From: Hyaloraphidium curvatum SAG 235-1
Taxonomy: Eukaryota > Fungi > Monoblepharomycota
Assembly (NCBI GenBank): GCA_025558095.1
Contig: JAIVFI010000013.1
Coordinates: 682,001 to 746,000 of the forward strand
Length of the DNA stretch: 64,000 nt
Direction of reading: 5' to 3'
Of the stretch, positions 45,055-56,736 are shown in pieces (within the stretch, counting starts at the first letter, position 1; the number at the start of each line of letters is the position of its first letter). Under the pieces are notes generated by a model that did no database searches, was not told the origin of the DNA, and saw nothing but the letters and a program-made list of their open reading frames with translations. The translations under genes and the position numbers were made by a program.

Positions 45055-46840
45055 TCAGCAGCATTTCCGAGGAAGGCTGTTCTTGAGCTCCTTGTGCTCC
45101 GACGGGTCGATGGAGTGAACATAATTCTCAAAGGCTTCGTGGTCCACCTTGCGACCGCCCACGTAGGTGCCCTGGACCTTGACCTCCTCGGTGACCTTCA
45201 GCGGGTCCACCTTGAACGGATCGGCCGACAGCACGACGAAGTCCGCCAGCTTCCCCGCCTCGATCGACCCGAGATCCTTGTCCCTCCCGATCTGGTATGC
45301 CGCATTGACCGTGTGCGCTTTGAACGCCTCCTCGATCGTCACCTTCTGGTTCTCCCCGTGCACGTTGCCCGCGATCGTCGTCCTCGTGACCATGCACTGC
45401 ACGTTGAGCAGCGGGATTGGCGGGCTGACCATCCCGTCGTTGTGGAAGCTGATGCTTGCGCCGCTGTCGAACGCGTCCCGCCCGCGCTGCCATTGCGACC
45501 CGATCTCGGGCGCGAACAGCGTGCCGTCGAGCACGTCGCCCCAGTAGATGAAGTGGAAGGGGGACATGGAGATGCCGACGCCCAGGTCGGCGGCGCGTTT
45601 GAACTGGTCCTTCCTCGCCGCGCCAACGTGCTCCACCCGCCAGCGGTGGTCCGTCCCCAGGAGGTTGTGCTTCCTCAGGGCCGCCTCGTAGCAATCCAGC
45701 ACGACGTCGAACGCCAGGTCGCCGTTGCAGTGCATAGCGAACTGAACCCCCGACGCGACGTGTTTGTCGACGAGCAGGTCCATGGCTTCCCGGGGGTAGT
45801 TGAGCGCCTTGGCCCCCATGTGGATGGGGATCCCGGCCGCGCAGACCTTTTCGTTGTCGAGGTAGGGGAATGTGTTGGCGATGTTGCCGACCCATCTTTG
45901 AGGGATAAGCGGGCGTGAGGACGATTGCAGGGCAAGGATGTCGTGCCACCCACGGGGAACCGTCGGCCCAAAGCTTGATGCCCTGCTTCCAGAGAAGCTC
46001 CTTGGAAATGGGCGACGTGAACTCATCCCCGCAGCTGGGCTCGATGGAAACATGGTACAGGGCGACGCGGAGCGGGACATCAGGCGAACTAGCCAAAGCG
46101 ACGTAACCCTTCTTGGACTCCTCCTGGAACGCGTGCTCCGAGGTCGCCGTGATGCCGTTCCTCGACATGTACGAAAAGAACTTTGCCGCGCTCGCCAGCG
46201 GGTGAGGCACAGCCAGTTGGAGCACCTTGCCGACGGCCATCAGGATCGAGCCCATCTCGTAGGCGCGTCCATTGGATTTGCCGTCGGGGTTCCGTCCGAA
46301 GTGGGCGCCCACGGGGTCCGGGGGGGGCTTGCCGCATTCCCACCCGTTCAGCTCGATGATGGCGCTGTTGAAGTAGAGCTCGTGTCCGGAATTGTCCAGG
46401 ATCGCGACGGGACGCGAGGGAAAGAACGCGTCCAGCATCTTGTTGTCGAGTTCCGGCGCCCCGTGGAGCATCCTGTCGTACCCATTGAATAGCACCGGCT
46501 TGCCCGGGTCCAACGTCGCGTCGAGCTCCCTGAACTTGTCCTGCAGCTGTGGCCACGACGAAGCGCCGTGTCCGACGTACGGCGCGATCCACTGGGTCGG
46601 TTCCTGCGTGAGCATCCCGCTCATGAGCGGGTGCGAGTGCGGGTCGATGAAGCCCGGCATCAGGACGGAGGAGCCGAGGTCGACGAGTTTGGCGGAGGGG
46701 TGGGCGCGCTCCAGGGACGAAAGAGCGCCGGCCGCAACGATGCGGCCCGTGGCGCTGTCGACGGCCACGGCCTCGGCGCGGGGAGTGTCCGCCGCCATGG
46801 TAATGACGCTGGAGGCTTTGAAGATGGTGTCGGCCGCCAT
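45055..46840 (-). CDS. Amidohydrolase-3 (YtcJ/NfdA-like) metallo-amidohydrolase
   Basis: PGFIDPHSH, KLWADGSP|W (one intron), MHCNGD, RVEH, FHND, GSIEAGKLADF. Confidence 0.9.
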
Positions 46841-47107
46841 TTCGGAGGAAGGTGTTTGAGGGGCGGAGGCGGGCGAGGAGTGGGACGGACGACAGGGGTG
46901 CAAGGGTCCAGTTGCAGCGGGCACCGAGTTGTCGTCGCCCCTGCACGGCGATCGGCATCGCCTCGTCTTCAAGGTCGGTCAGTTCGGCCATCATACACTT
47001 CTAAGCATGGTTGCTTGAACATGACTCCTAAGCGGAAGCCAGGGGGAGCGGCAGGGGATGGCGTTGCGTCCCTCATCCGGCCTTTGTTTACCCCTTCTTC
47101 GCCCGCA

Positions 47108-48719
47108 ATGCTCTTCCACGAGCTGCCCGCCGAGGCGCTGCTCCATCTGATTCAGACCTTCTTGGGCCCCGAAGATGCTTTTTTCCTCCGGCTGGCGTGC
47201 AGCGCGCTCCGGCCCGTCGCGACGGCCGCGTTTCCCTCCTGGGTGTCCCGCGCGCTGCTGGAGGAGCGGGACGCTCGGAAGGCTTACGATGCCTCTACCG
47301 AACGGTTTGGATACAAAGTCATGTCGCCCGAAGCGATGGGCGGCGTGGTCCGCGCCGGCGGTGCAGCCGACCCCGAGTGCCGAGTCCTCATCGAGATGTG
47401 TTGGCACGTCCTGCGCCGGCCGGAACTTCGTTAGCGGCGGCCACTAGCGAATGTTGAAGCAGATGTGCAAGATTATCCAAGGCTTGCCGACTTTCTTCGT
47501 GGTCTGCGTCTGCCCGCGCCCTTTCTCGGTCGGCTGCTTGACACCGGTCCTCTGCCTAACATGATCAGTACCGTCAACGACATCCGCGTCATCCAGCGGT
47601 TTCTTTCTGATCTGGGTGTACCGGCATCGGAGCTCGTGGATCTTGTTTTGGGCTTGAACTCGTTTCGCGTTGAACAGCGATCTGCGGTGGTCAGCTTGAT
47701 CGAGGATTGGAGTGGAGGGGATCCTTTTAGGGACAACACCGCCCGGCTGCTTTCGGGGCTGGATTACGACGACCGAGAGCGCCGCTCATTGGAAGACCAG
47801 CTTCTTGAGCTTCTGGAATTTGCTCGGCGCATTGGCCGGAATCCTCCCGACACGTTCGTTTCCCGGTCAGCCCATCTGCGCCTCGGATATTCGCTGCGAG
47901 ACGGCGCCGAAGGGGTGAACGAAGTGGAATCCAAAGATATCTTGGAGAACCTGCTTTCGGGGCGCCGGCTGGCTTCTTACTTGGCTCTTAGTGAACTACG
48001 GACCGCACGAGCTGGCACCGATTTTTCAGCCCCCTGGCCTGAAACGACGTGGTTTCTGAGCGACCTTGGACACCTCCTCTTCGAACTGAAGTACATCAGT
48101 CGCTGCCAACCCTCCTTTGGTGCTCAGCTTTACGTCGAAATATTCGAACCCCACTGGAAAAGTGGGGTCAAGCACGGAGATGCCGAGGATCTCGCGGATG
48201 CTGTGTGGTACATGAGCAGGGAGCTTTGGGTTCGCAGTGAGAGGCCGTGACCTCGGGGTCCTGCTCGAGGTCGTCCTCGGCGACCCGCGTTTTAGTCTCC
48301 ACGCTCCAGAAGTCACGGGCTTCATGACGGCCGTGGTGCTAGATGACTGCTACTTGGAGGACTGGCTCAAGCCGCTGTCTGCCCGGTTGGTGTCAAGTGC
48401 GGACGTCGCGGTGCGGTTCACAGTCGGAAAGGCGCTCCACCGGAACGTGGCAGGGCGGCGTCCGAACACCCTTCATTGGGAACATGCGAGAGACGAAGAG
48501 CGGGGAGCCGCTGGACGGGCGCTCCGGAAGCTCGATCGATCTTCCGTGGAGGCAGCGCGGGTCCTTGGCGATTTTGGCCACCCCGCACAAAGGGTAGACG
48601 GCGCTGGCGGAGTGGAGAGCCAAGATGATGGGGTGTCGGCGCTGGAAAGGGTGTTGGATGCTGCCGTGGGAAGGCTGGACGAGCTTTTCTTCGAGATGGT
48701 CGACAATATCGACGACTAG
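47108..48719 (+). pseudogene. F-box protein of a lineage-specific family, disrupted
   Basis: F-box MLFHELPAEALLHLIQTFLGPEDAFFLRLACSAL. In-frame TAG at 47432 (possibly intronic) and a frameshift near 48225. Confidence 0.6.
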
Positions 48720-48782
48720 AGAGAAGGGAGATATGGGACAGAGAGAGAGAGATAGAAGGAGAGGGATCGAAGTAGACGCTCG

Positions 48783-50003
48783 TCAACCAGCCGCAGCTCG
48801 ACATCGCCGGCCCTCGATCGCCGCCGCAACGTCGTGCAGCATCCCGAACGTCGCCATCTCCATCGCCTCGTCCTCGAACACGGGCCAGCTCGACAGCTTA
48901 ACCGCCACCATCCGGTGCCTCCAGTTGATCCAGATCAGCTGTCCGAAGATCCCAACGCACATGAGCGTCCGGTCTCCGTCGTCCTCGATCCAGAACTGGT
49001 TCTTGTAGGAGGCGGTCGGCAGCCCAGGCCAGTACTCGGGCCCGTGGTGCCCACCGTCCCGCGCGGCGTCGATCCACGCCTTCGGCACGACCGACCCGCC
49101 GCCGTCGAGCAGGAGCTGGCCGAACCGCGCGTAGTCCCGCAGGGTGGCGTTGAACCCGCCGCATGCCAGCGCGTAGCCGGCGGGGTCGACGGTGAAGCTC
49201 GCGCTCTCCTCGGCCCCGATCCTGCTCCAGATCTCGTCCGAGAGGAGCTGCGGCAGGCGCTTGCCCGAGACGTGCTCCAAGATGAAGGCGATCACGTCGG
49301 TCTCGATGGAGCGGTAGTCGAACGCGGAACCGTGCGGGCGGTCGAGCGTCCTGAGGCGGAGGACGAGCTCCCACATGTGCTCGGGAAAGTCTTTCGCGCC
49401 GGCCGGTCGAGGTTTCCAGCCGCACGCCACGTCCATCATGCCGACCTCGGAGTACGGATCCGAGTAGTCTTCGCTAAAATGCACGCCGCTGCGCATGTCG
49501 AGCAGGTCCTGCAACGTCGCACCCGCGTAGGCGGTCGCCTCCAGCTCGGGGAGGTAGTCCGTGACCAACCCCGACGGATCGAGCAACCCGCGCGAGGCGA
49601 GGATGCCGACGAGCGCGCCGACCATCGACTTCGACACCGACTCCGAAAGATGCGGCGTGCGCGGGCCCATGCCGTTCAGGTATCGCTCGTAGACGATCGT
49701 TCCTTCGTGCAGGACGACGAAGCCATCTGTGAACGTATCTTCCAGCAGCCCGTGGAGCGTCGTCCGAGCCCCGTCACATCCCGAAACCGGCAATTCATCG
49801 AGGTCAACTTCAGCACGCGGCAAGTGCCGCACGGGGCCGTCCCCGCGCCAGACTTCTGCCGTCGGGAGCAGTTCGCGGACGTGCTGGAAGGACCACCGGT
49901 TCCACGGCGCGCGATCCCACTCGGTGCGCGGGACGATCGGCTGCGGTGGAGCGACATGCTTGGCTTTCGGCAAGCGCGGGTCCACGGTGCCGCACGATGG
50001 CAT
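48783..50003 (-). CDS. NylB-like (6-aminohexanoate-dimer hydrolase / beta-lactamase family) serine hydrolase, intronless
   Basis: WDRAPWNRWSFQHVREL, SVSKS (SxxK), LLDMRSG, FDYRSIETD, LRDYARFG, GIFGQ. Confidence 0.9.
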   Translation of the reverse strand: MPSCGTVDPRLPKAKHVAPPQPIVPRTEWDRAPWNRWSFQHVRELLPTAEVWRGDGPVRHLPRAEVDLDELPVSGCDGARTTLHGLLEDTFTDGFVVLHEGTIVYERYLNGMGPRTPHLSESVSKSMVGALVGILASRGLLDPSGLVTDYLPELEATAYAGATLQDLLDMRSGVHFSEDYSDPYSEVGMMDVACGWKPRPAGAKDFPEHMWELVLRLRTLDRPHGSAFDYRSIETDVIAFILEHVSGKRLPQLLSDEIWSRIGAEESASFTVDPAGYALACGGFNATLRDYARFGQLLLDGGGSVVPKAWIDAARDGGHHGPEYWPGLPTASYKNQFWIEDDGDRTLMCVGIFGQLIWINWRHRMVAVKLSSWPVFEDEAMEMATFGMLHDVAAAIEGRRCRAAAG

Positions 50004-50149
50004 GTCGGACGCGTGTTTTCCGAGCGCTGAGCGTACGCGGGTCCCCAGCTTTGGCAATCCCGCCCGGAAAGAACACCCCCCATCGCCGCATTCAGGTCTA
50101 CTCGCAGTGTCCTCCGCTGAGGACGCGCTATTTGCTCTCCTGATTGGCA

Positions 50150-51749
50150 ATGGCCGGTGGGGACGCGCCTCCCCTGCCCCATGGGCCTCCCCCGCCGCAC
50201 TGGCTCCTGCGGCGACCCGCGCCCAAGTTCCTGCGTTCCAAGCACTTTATGACCGCATGCTACTCGCTGGCGCTCTTCGTCGATGCCGCAGCTTTCGGCA
50301 TCGTCATCCCGATCCTGCCCAACCTCACCGTGGAGGGCGTGGACGGCGAGGTGCCGCTCTCGGAGACGGACGTCGGCGGGCTGTTCGCGGCCTACGCGGC
50401 GGGATACCTCGCGCCCTCGCCCTTCGTGGGCTTCTTCTCGGACAAATACCGGGTGCGCGTGGTGCCGATGTGCCTGGGCCTGGTGGCGCTGGCCGGGTCG
50501 TCGGTCCTTTTCGGGACCGCGTCGGGGCTCCCCGCGCTCTACGCCGCCCGCGTGCTGCAGGGCATTTCCTGCGCCGCCACGTGGACCGTGGCCGTCGCCG
50601 CGCTCGCGGACGTGTTCACATCGGACGAGCTCTCGGGCCCGTCGTCGATCGGCAAGGCCTGCAACACAATCGGGTTCCTGGTTGGCCCGGTGATGGGCGG
50701 CGGCGCGTACCAGATGGCCGGGCAGCTGGCGCCGTTTGCCATCCTCGCGGGGCTCGTGGGACTGGACCTGCTGCTGTGGCTGCTGCTGGACCTCGAGGGG
50801 GCCAAGCGGGACGCCGCCGTGGAGAGGCACCGCCGCAGGTCGAGGAAGAAGCCGCCGAGAGAGAGGGAGTCGGAGGGCGCGCTGCCCTCGGAGACCATCC
50901 AGATGCTGGGCAAAGGATCGCGGACAAAGGAGGACGAGGAGCGGGCCGCGTCGGAAGACGGGGACAGCGTCCTGTCGGACGATCTCGCGCTCGTGGCATC
51001 GCCGGACGACGAACCTGTCTCTGCCGTCGCGATTTTGAAGCTGTGGCTTCGACCTGAGGCGCTGCTCATCTTCTTCTCCTCTATGCTGTGCTCGATGCAG
51101 TTCGCGTGGGTTCCCGTCTGTCAATCTTGCCGCCCGCAGTCAACTGACGGGTCCCCGAACAATCAGAACCATAGAATCGGCCGGCTCGGTCGAACTAACC
51201 AACTCCTTCGACATGACCCCCGCCGCGGTCGGCGCCGTCTTCACCGCCCTCTTCCTCCCCAATGCCCTCGCCGGTCTCCTCATGGGCTTCATCCTCGACG
51301 CCTTCCCTCGGAGCCTGGTCCGGCGCCTCATTTCTGCCCTTGGCCTGGTGTTCTTCGGCGCCTCCTTTTGGCTCCTCAACACCGTTCGGCCCCCGACCTC
51401 GGGCTACCTCATGGCCCTCCCCGCCGCCGTCCTTGGCACCGCCGAGGCCGTATCGGACCTTCCCATATACGCCGAGATCGCAGCCATCGCCGACGCCCAC
51501 GGCCCCGGGACGGGGTACGGCACCCTGTATTCGGCATGGAACCTCTTCTACGGCGTGGGGATCCTGGTCGGGCCTGTGGCGGCGGGGTTCGCGGTGCAGC
51601 AGAGGGGGTTCGAGTTCATGGTGTGGGTGATCGGCGGGGTGACGGCCGCATTCGGGTTGGTGGCGGCTTCAGGGTTCACGGTGCTGCCCGAGGCGAACCC
51701 GAAGATCCAGGACGGAGCGGATGGGGCAGAGCGGGAGCTGGAGCGATGA
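50150..51749 (+). CDS. MFS transporter (SLC18/DHA1-like)
   Basis: Two TM bundles, GFFSDKYR motif A, ARVLQG; intron ~51106-51166 joins to ORF 51213. Confidence 0.88.
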
Positions 51750-51862
51750 TCTCGATCCGGAGGCGCTATCTATCCAATCCCGCTCTCCCCGTCGCACGGT
51801 GCAATACAGTACATAGGCAGTCGTGTTCGATCATCCGCGTTGCGGCATTTTGGTGATCCCGT

Positions 51863-52802
51863 TCAGAGCATGAGGACCAGCGAAGCGACGGCGACGGCCG
51901 CCATCACTCCCATCCCGACAACCGACTTCCCCGCCCCGCCGATCTTCGTGCACGCTGCCACCCGGACGGGGTCAGCCCACCTCTCCGCAACGACGGATGA
52001 TCATCCAACCCACCTCCGAGCAGGCTCACCCCGACGGTCCCGTTGAGCGGTGCCTTGCAGGTTCCATCCAGGGCGACGGTCAAATTGAAGGTCTGGCTGC
52101 AGTTCCTGTCCAGGAAGACCGAGATGCTCCCCGGGCTCGAGGCGCACGAGGCGCGGCCCCAGACGGGGACGGCGCCGCCGGTAAGGGCAGAGACGTCCGC
52201 GCAGGAGCCGTCGCGGATGGACTGGAGGGCGATGACGCCCGAGGCGTTGCAGGCGGTCCCGGCGGAGACGGTGCCCTGGGCAAAGGTGCCAGAGGTGCCT
52301 GGATGGGAACGTCAGATCAGAGGGCGGAGGAGACGAAGCTCGTCGGGTACACACCAGTAGGGTACGCGTATGAGCCGCTGGGGAGGCAACTGGCCATGGT
52401 GTCGGAGATGCAGCGGCCGACAATCTCAGTGATGTTGCTCAGGCTACAGTTAACACCGGGGAACGGCCTGATGGCAAGAGCTGCGGGCCGTATCAGCGGG
52501 TGAGGCGCACAGGGAGGCATCCATGCCGCGACGAACCTTGCACCTGGCCTGTAACAGTCGTCACGCGATGGAACGCGCGGGCGAAGTTCCACGACGACAG
52601 AGCGGCCAGGCAGCGGCGGAAAGGTCGGAATCGCGATCAGGGCGACGGTTCCAACACCCCGACAGCAGACCAGCGACGACCCACCGGTGCAGTTGGTGCC
52701 GCTGCTGTAGGACGCGACCTGGACGAAAACGTCGCCGCGCGCCGGGGCGACGGCGAGCGCGAGGACCGCCAGCGCGACGAGGGCAGTGAAGCGGACGGTC
52801 AT
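51863..52802 (-). CDS. Small secreted Cys-containing protein with GPI-like tail
   Basis: Signal peptide MTVRFTALVALAVLALAVAPARG and C-terminal CTKIGGAGKSVVGMGVMAAVAVASLVLML*. The exon structure is not fully resolved. Confidence 0.6.
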
Positions 52803-53068
52803 CGCGACGGAGCTGGGAGCTGGGGGCGGGCGCGTTGGAAGTGTCGGTCCGCGCGTCGAGTGGCGTCGAGGTGAGTCCGTGAGGGACGACGAGTCACAAC
52901 CCCAAGACGCCCAGTCGGGGCTTCGACCGGGGCTGGTGGGCCAGACCCCAAACCCGGGTTTCGGCCGCGGTCGAGTGAAAGACGGAGAACCCAGGTTCAG
53001 CAGCGAAGCAGGATCTGAACTCCGGTGCAAGCTATGCGGCTCCGAAAGGGATGTGGGTTGAATGGACT

Positions 53069-53480
53069 ACAGCTTTTCGGGAGAAAGGATACCGATTTCA
53101 ATGTCTGACGGATCTAATGCGCATGAACGGCTACAGTACATCAGGCCGCATCGGCGGCCGCCGGAAATCGGTATCCTTTCTCCCTAAAAGCGGTATAGAT
53201 GGCCGCGTTGCCCTTCATGCAGGCCACTGAAAGGCGTTGGCGGGCGCGGCACATAAAGAGTGCGCGCAAGCCATCGATATCGTCCTCGTTGGCGTACTTG
53301 ATGTGCGCAATCTTCTTGATGAGGCGCTCGGCATCCTCGTTGGACACTCCGTACCTCTCCATGATGGCCGGAACAAGGCGCGAGGGTCCGACCAAACTGA
53401 GTTGCCATCCAGCTTCCGGTGGCCGCCGATGCGGCCTAATGTACTGTAGACGTTCACGCGCATTAGATCCGTCAGACACG
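53069..53480. mobile_element. Truncated RLE-type (CRE-like) non-LTR retrotransposon remnant with nested inverted 3'-end copy
   Basis: Minus strand reads LVPAIMERYG...AERLIKKIA...RQRLSVACMKGNAAI. Inverted repeats 53068-53098/53165-53195 and 53102-53166/53414-53478. Direct repeat GAATGGACT at 53060 and 53481. Confidence 0.7.
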
Positions 53481-53519
53481 GAATGGACTGCCACTCCCGC
53501 CATTCCCATGGCAGCTCAG

Positions 53520-54194
53520 CTACGCTCGCGGCCCCGTCCTTGCAGTCGAGCTGGATCTGCCGCAAAAACGCTTAGCACCGAATGACGTAGAATGAGCGGC
53601 GGTTCCGCTTCGAGCTTCCCAAGGCCGAGATCAGGCGGGGAGCGTTGGCTCCCCACAGCTGCAGAGCGGTCCTCGGGGAAGTCAAGCTTGACAGGGACGC
53701 CGCCACGCGGCGCATGGCCCAGTGCCGGCCGAAAGGCGGGCGGACGATTTATGAGGACTCCGAATGAAGGGAATTCGATGGAGGAGATCTCCGGCCGCCC
53801 TACTTTTGCGAGCGCCATCGGTCGGGGATGCTTGACAGGGACGTGCTCATTCGTTCTCGACGAGGCTCAGGATACTCGATCCAGCGCTGTTCGACGCGCA
53901 GAGCCTCCAGGCCGAGGACGAGATCCTGCATCTCCGAGTTTTGGAAGGCGAGCGCATCAACGTTCAAACTGACCCTCTAGAGAGGAGCTCGAACGGCCTA
54001 GTCCTCGAACGCCTTCAGGTCGTCCCGCTCCTCGAGCAGAGTCCGGTCGACCCAGGAAAGGAACGCGGTCGTCGTGATTGGGCGGAACGCCCGGCGAGCG
54101 AGCTGCAGGAAGTCAACAAGGCATCGTCGTTCGGGCCGATAAAGATCTCGGCGATGTGGAGGAGCGTCCCCTGGGGCACCTCGTAGAGGAGCAT
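53520..54194 (-). pseudogene. Collapsed F-box family relic
   Basis: MLLYEVPQGTLLHIAEIFIG..., LLEERDDLKAFED*, then SEMQDLVLGLEALRVEQR, matching SELVDLVLGLNSFRVEQR of the 47108 copy. Confidence 0.65.
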
Positions 54195-54326
54195 TGCGGC
54201 GGCGATGGATAAGCAAAAGTGGGGGATCGACGATTGAGATGGGGACCCTGCGCCAAGGCGTCGAATCCTCCGTGGAAAGTCCGGGCCGGCCCCCGGAAAT
54301 CCGTCTCCGTGAAGGCAATTTGAGAC

Positions 54327-56439
54327 ATGGCGGACAACGGCACCGCACCAGTCGACGACGCCGACGTCCTGGTCATCGGAGGCGGCTTCGCGGGCATTCT
54401 CGTTTCGCACCAGGTCGGCGGGTCGCATTTCCGGGATCAATATGCCGGCTGATTGTTGGAACGGTGTCATCGCCCGACAGCTCAAGAACCTGGACGGGAA
54501 GCGGGTGGTGACCTTCGAGCGGGCCGAGGAACCGGGCGGTACGGTGGGAACGTGGTCCGGGGCTCGGTTTCAGACGAGACGCGACTGACGTGCTTCGCTG
54601 TGGCAAACCGTTCCGGCCCCCGCTTCGGCGCTGCGGTCTCGTAGTGGTACTGGAATCGCTAGTGGGTGCTCTTCTCGATCTCCCCGGTCTTCCCCGGTAT
54701 TGACAGCCTGCAGCCCCGGCGCCCGCGTTGACCACCCCTCGAGGGACTACTCCTACAAATTTGACCGCGACCTTTACCAAGACTTTGATTGGAACGAGGT
54801 TTACAGCACGCAACCCGAGCTCCTGCGGTACATCCGCTACGTCGTGGACCGCTGGGGCCTGAAGGACACGATCAGCACGCATTCGACCGTTGTAGAGGCC
54901 GCCTGGGACGACGAAGGCAAGGTCTGGACGCTCAGGGTGGAGCACGCCCCGCCGGATGGGATGACCGAGACGCGGGAGTACTCGGCAAAGTACCTGATCG
55001 CCGCCACGGGGTGCCTCTCGAACCCGCAGCCTCCCCCGTTCGAGGGCCTCGACACCTTCAAGGCGCAGTACTTCCACACGGCCGCGTGGCCCAAGGAGGG
55101 CGTCGACTTCACCGGCAAGCGCGTCGCGGTGGTTGGCACCGGCTCCAGCGGCGTGCAGAGCATCCCCATCATTGCCGAGCAGGCCGACAAGCTGACAGTG
55201 TTCATGCGGACGCCGATGTACACCACCCCGGCGTACAACAGGAAACTGACCAAGGAGGAGGACGACAGGAACAAGGCCGAGTACGAGGGGATCCGCGCGA
55301 GGGCGAGGGCATCGGCCGGGGGGGCCGAGACGATGCCGACGCCGGACGAGGCGTTCGCCGACTTTACGCCCGAGGAGCTGGAGGCGCATCTGGAGAAGCT
55401 GTGGCAGAAGGGCGGATTCGTGCTCTACACCTGCTTCAAGGTTCGCAATGCGTGTGCTATCCCTTCCGCTCGCTCTCACGGAGGCCCCACGCGGTTCTCG
55501 CAGGACTTCATCACGAACCCGGAAGCCTCGGCCTACCTCCAAGCCTGGTTCCACCGCAAGATCGACAGCATCGTCAAAGACAAGGCCGTCGCGGACCTGC
55601 TCAAGCCCGACTACCCCTTCGGATGCAAGCGCGCCTGCGTCGACACCGGCTACTACGCCACGTACAACCGGCCCAACGTCGAGCTCGTCTCCATCGCAGG
55701 GACCAAGATCGCCAAGGTCGGCGGGGAGGACGGGAAGATCGTGCTGCAGGACGGCAGGGAGTTCGGGCCGTTCGACGCGGTGGTGCTCGCGATCGGGTTC
55801 GACGCCATGACGGGGTCGATCCTCAAGATCAACATCAGGGGGAGGGACGGGGTGACGATCCAGGAGGCGTGGAAGGCGGGGCCGGCGACCTACCTGGGGC
55901 TGTTGGTCAGCAAGTTCCCGAACAGTGGGTCGCGCGGCTGCGGTTCGCAAGAGGTCCTCGCTGAAGATATATCGACGCCAGTGTTCATCATGGCCGGGCC
56001 GGGATCGCCGAGCGTGCTCACCAACATGCTCACGTCGATCGAGCAGCAGCGCGTCCGCTGGCGTCCTGCGCCCCAGTGGATTCTGACGGCAGTTGTACCC
56101 GACGCAGCGTGGACTGGATCTCGACCACCATCAAGGACCTCGACGCCAAGGGCGTCAAGTCCATCGAAGCCACCGAGGCCGCCCAACAGGACTGGGTCGC
56201 CCTGGGCAACTCGATCCCGGACCAGACGTTCTATCCCAAGTGCGCTTCGGTACGTCCCTCTTGCCTGCCGCCGCTCCATCTCCGCCCCGTCTGATTGATA
56301 CCCGTAGTGGTACCTCGGCGCCAACATCCCGGGCAAGCCGCAGATCTTCATGCTCTTTGCCGGCGGGCTGCCCATGTACGAGGAGACGTGCAACAGGATG
56401 GGGGAGGACGGGTACTCGGGCTGCATTCTCGTGAAGTAG
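54327..56439 (+). CDS. Type I Baeyer-Villiger monooxygenase
   Basis: GGGFAG, GGT|WYWNRY|PGARVD, FKAQYFHTAAWP fingerprint, GTGSSG, GCKR, SWYLGANIPGK. 7 introns, including GC-AG 56049-56107. Confidence 0.92.
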
Positions 56440-56736
56440 TTGACTCGAATGCTTTTGATGTAGATACTTCATTGAAGATCCTGGTTGGCCTACGCTCAAG
56501 CAGTCTCGTTCGCCGCCCTCGATTGCTCCGGAGGCACGTGAAGGCCCGAATCACTGCCCTACACCCCCGGACCTCGACTCATTCCTTCTAAATAACGTCA
56601 CCCTGCGAAGTGAAGCCCTTGCGTGCTCGATTGGGCGGCTCGTGTGGTTGAGATCCGGCGTTGGTCCGTGCTGGCGGCCAGACGGGCCCCGGGCGGCGGA
56701 GCATCGCAAGCTCTCAACACCCTCCCTTCCCGCATC

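Noticed and set aside
47430-48250. Stop readthrough or selenocysteine in the F-box gene
   Set aside because: The first stop is TAG and may lie in an intron; the TGA follows a frameshift; no SECIS was recognised; sister copies are clearly decayed.
53069-53480. DIRS-type ITR/ICR structure or hammerhead-bearing Penelope pLTR
   Set aside because: The repeat order does not match an end-to-end junction complement, the coding remnant is RLE-like, and there is no CUGANGA core (only CTGACGG).
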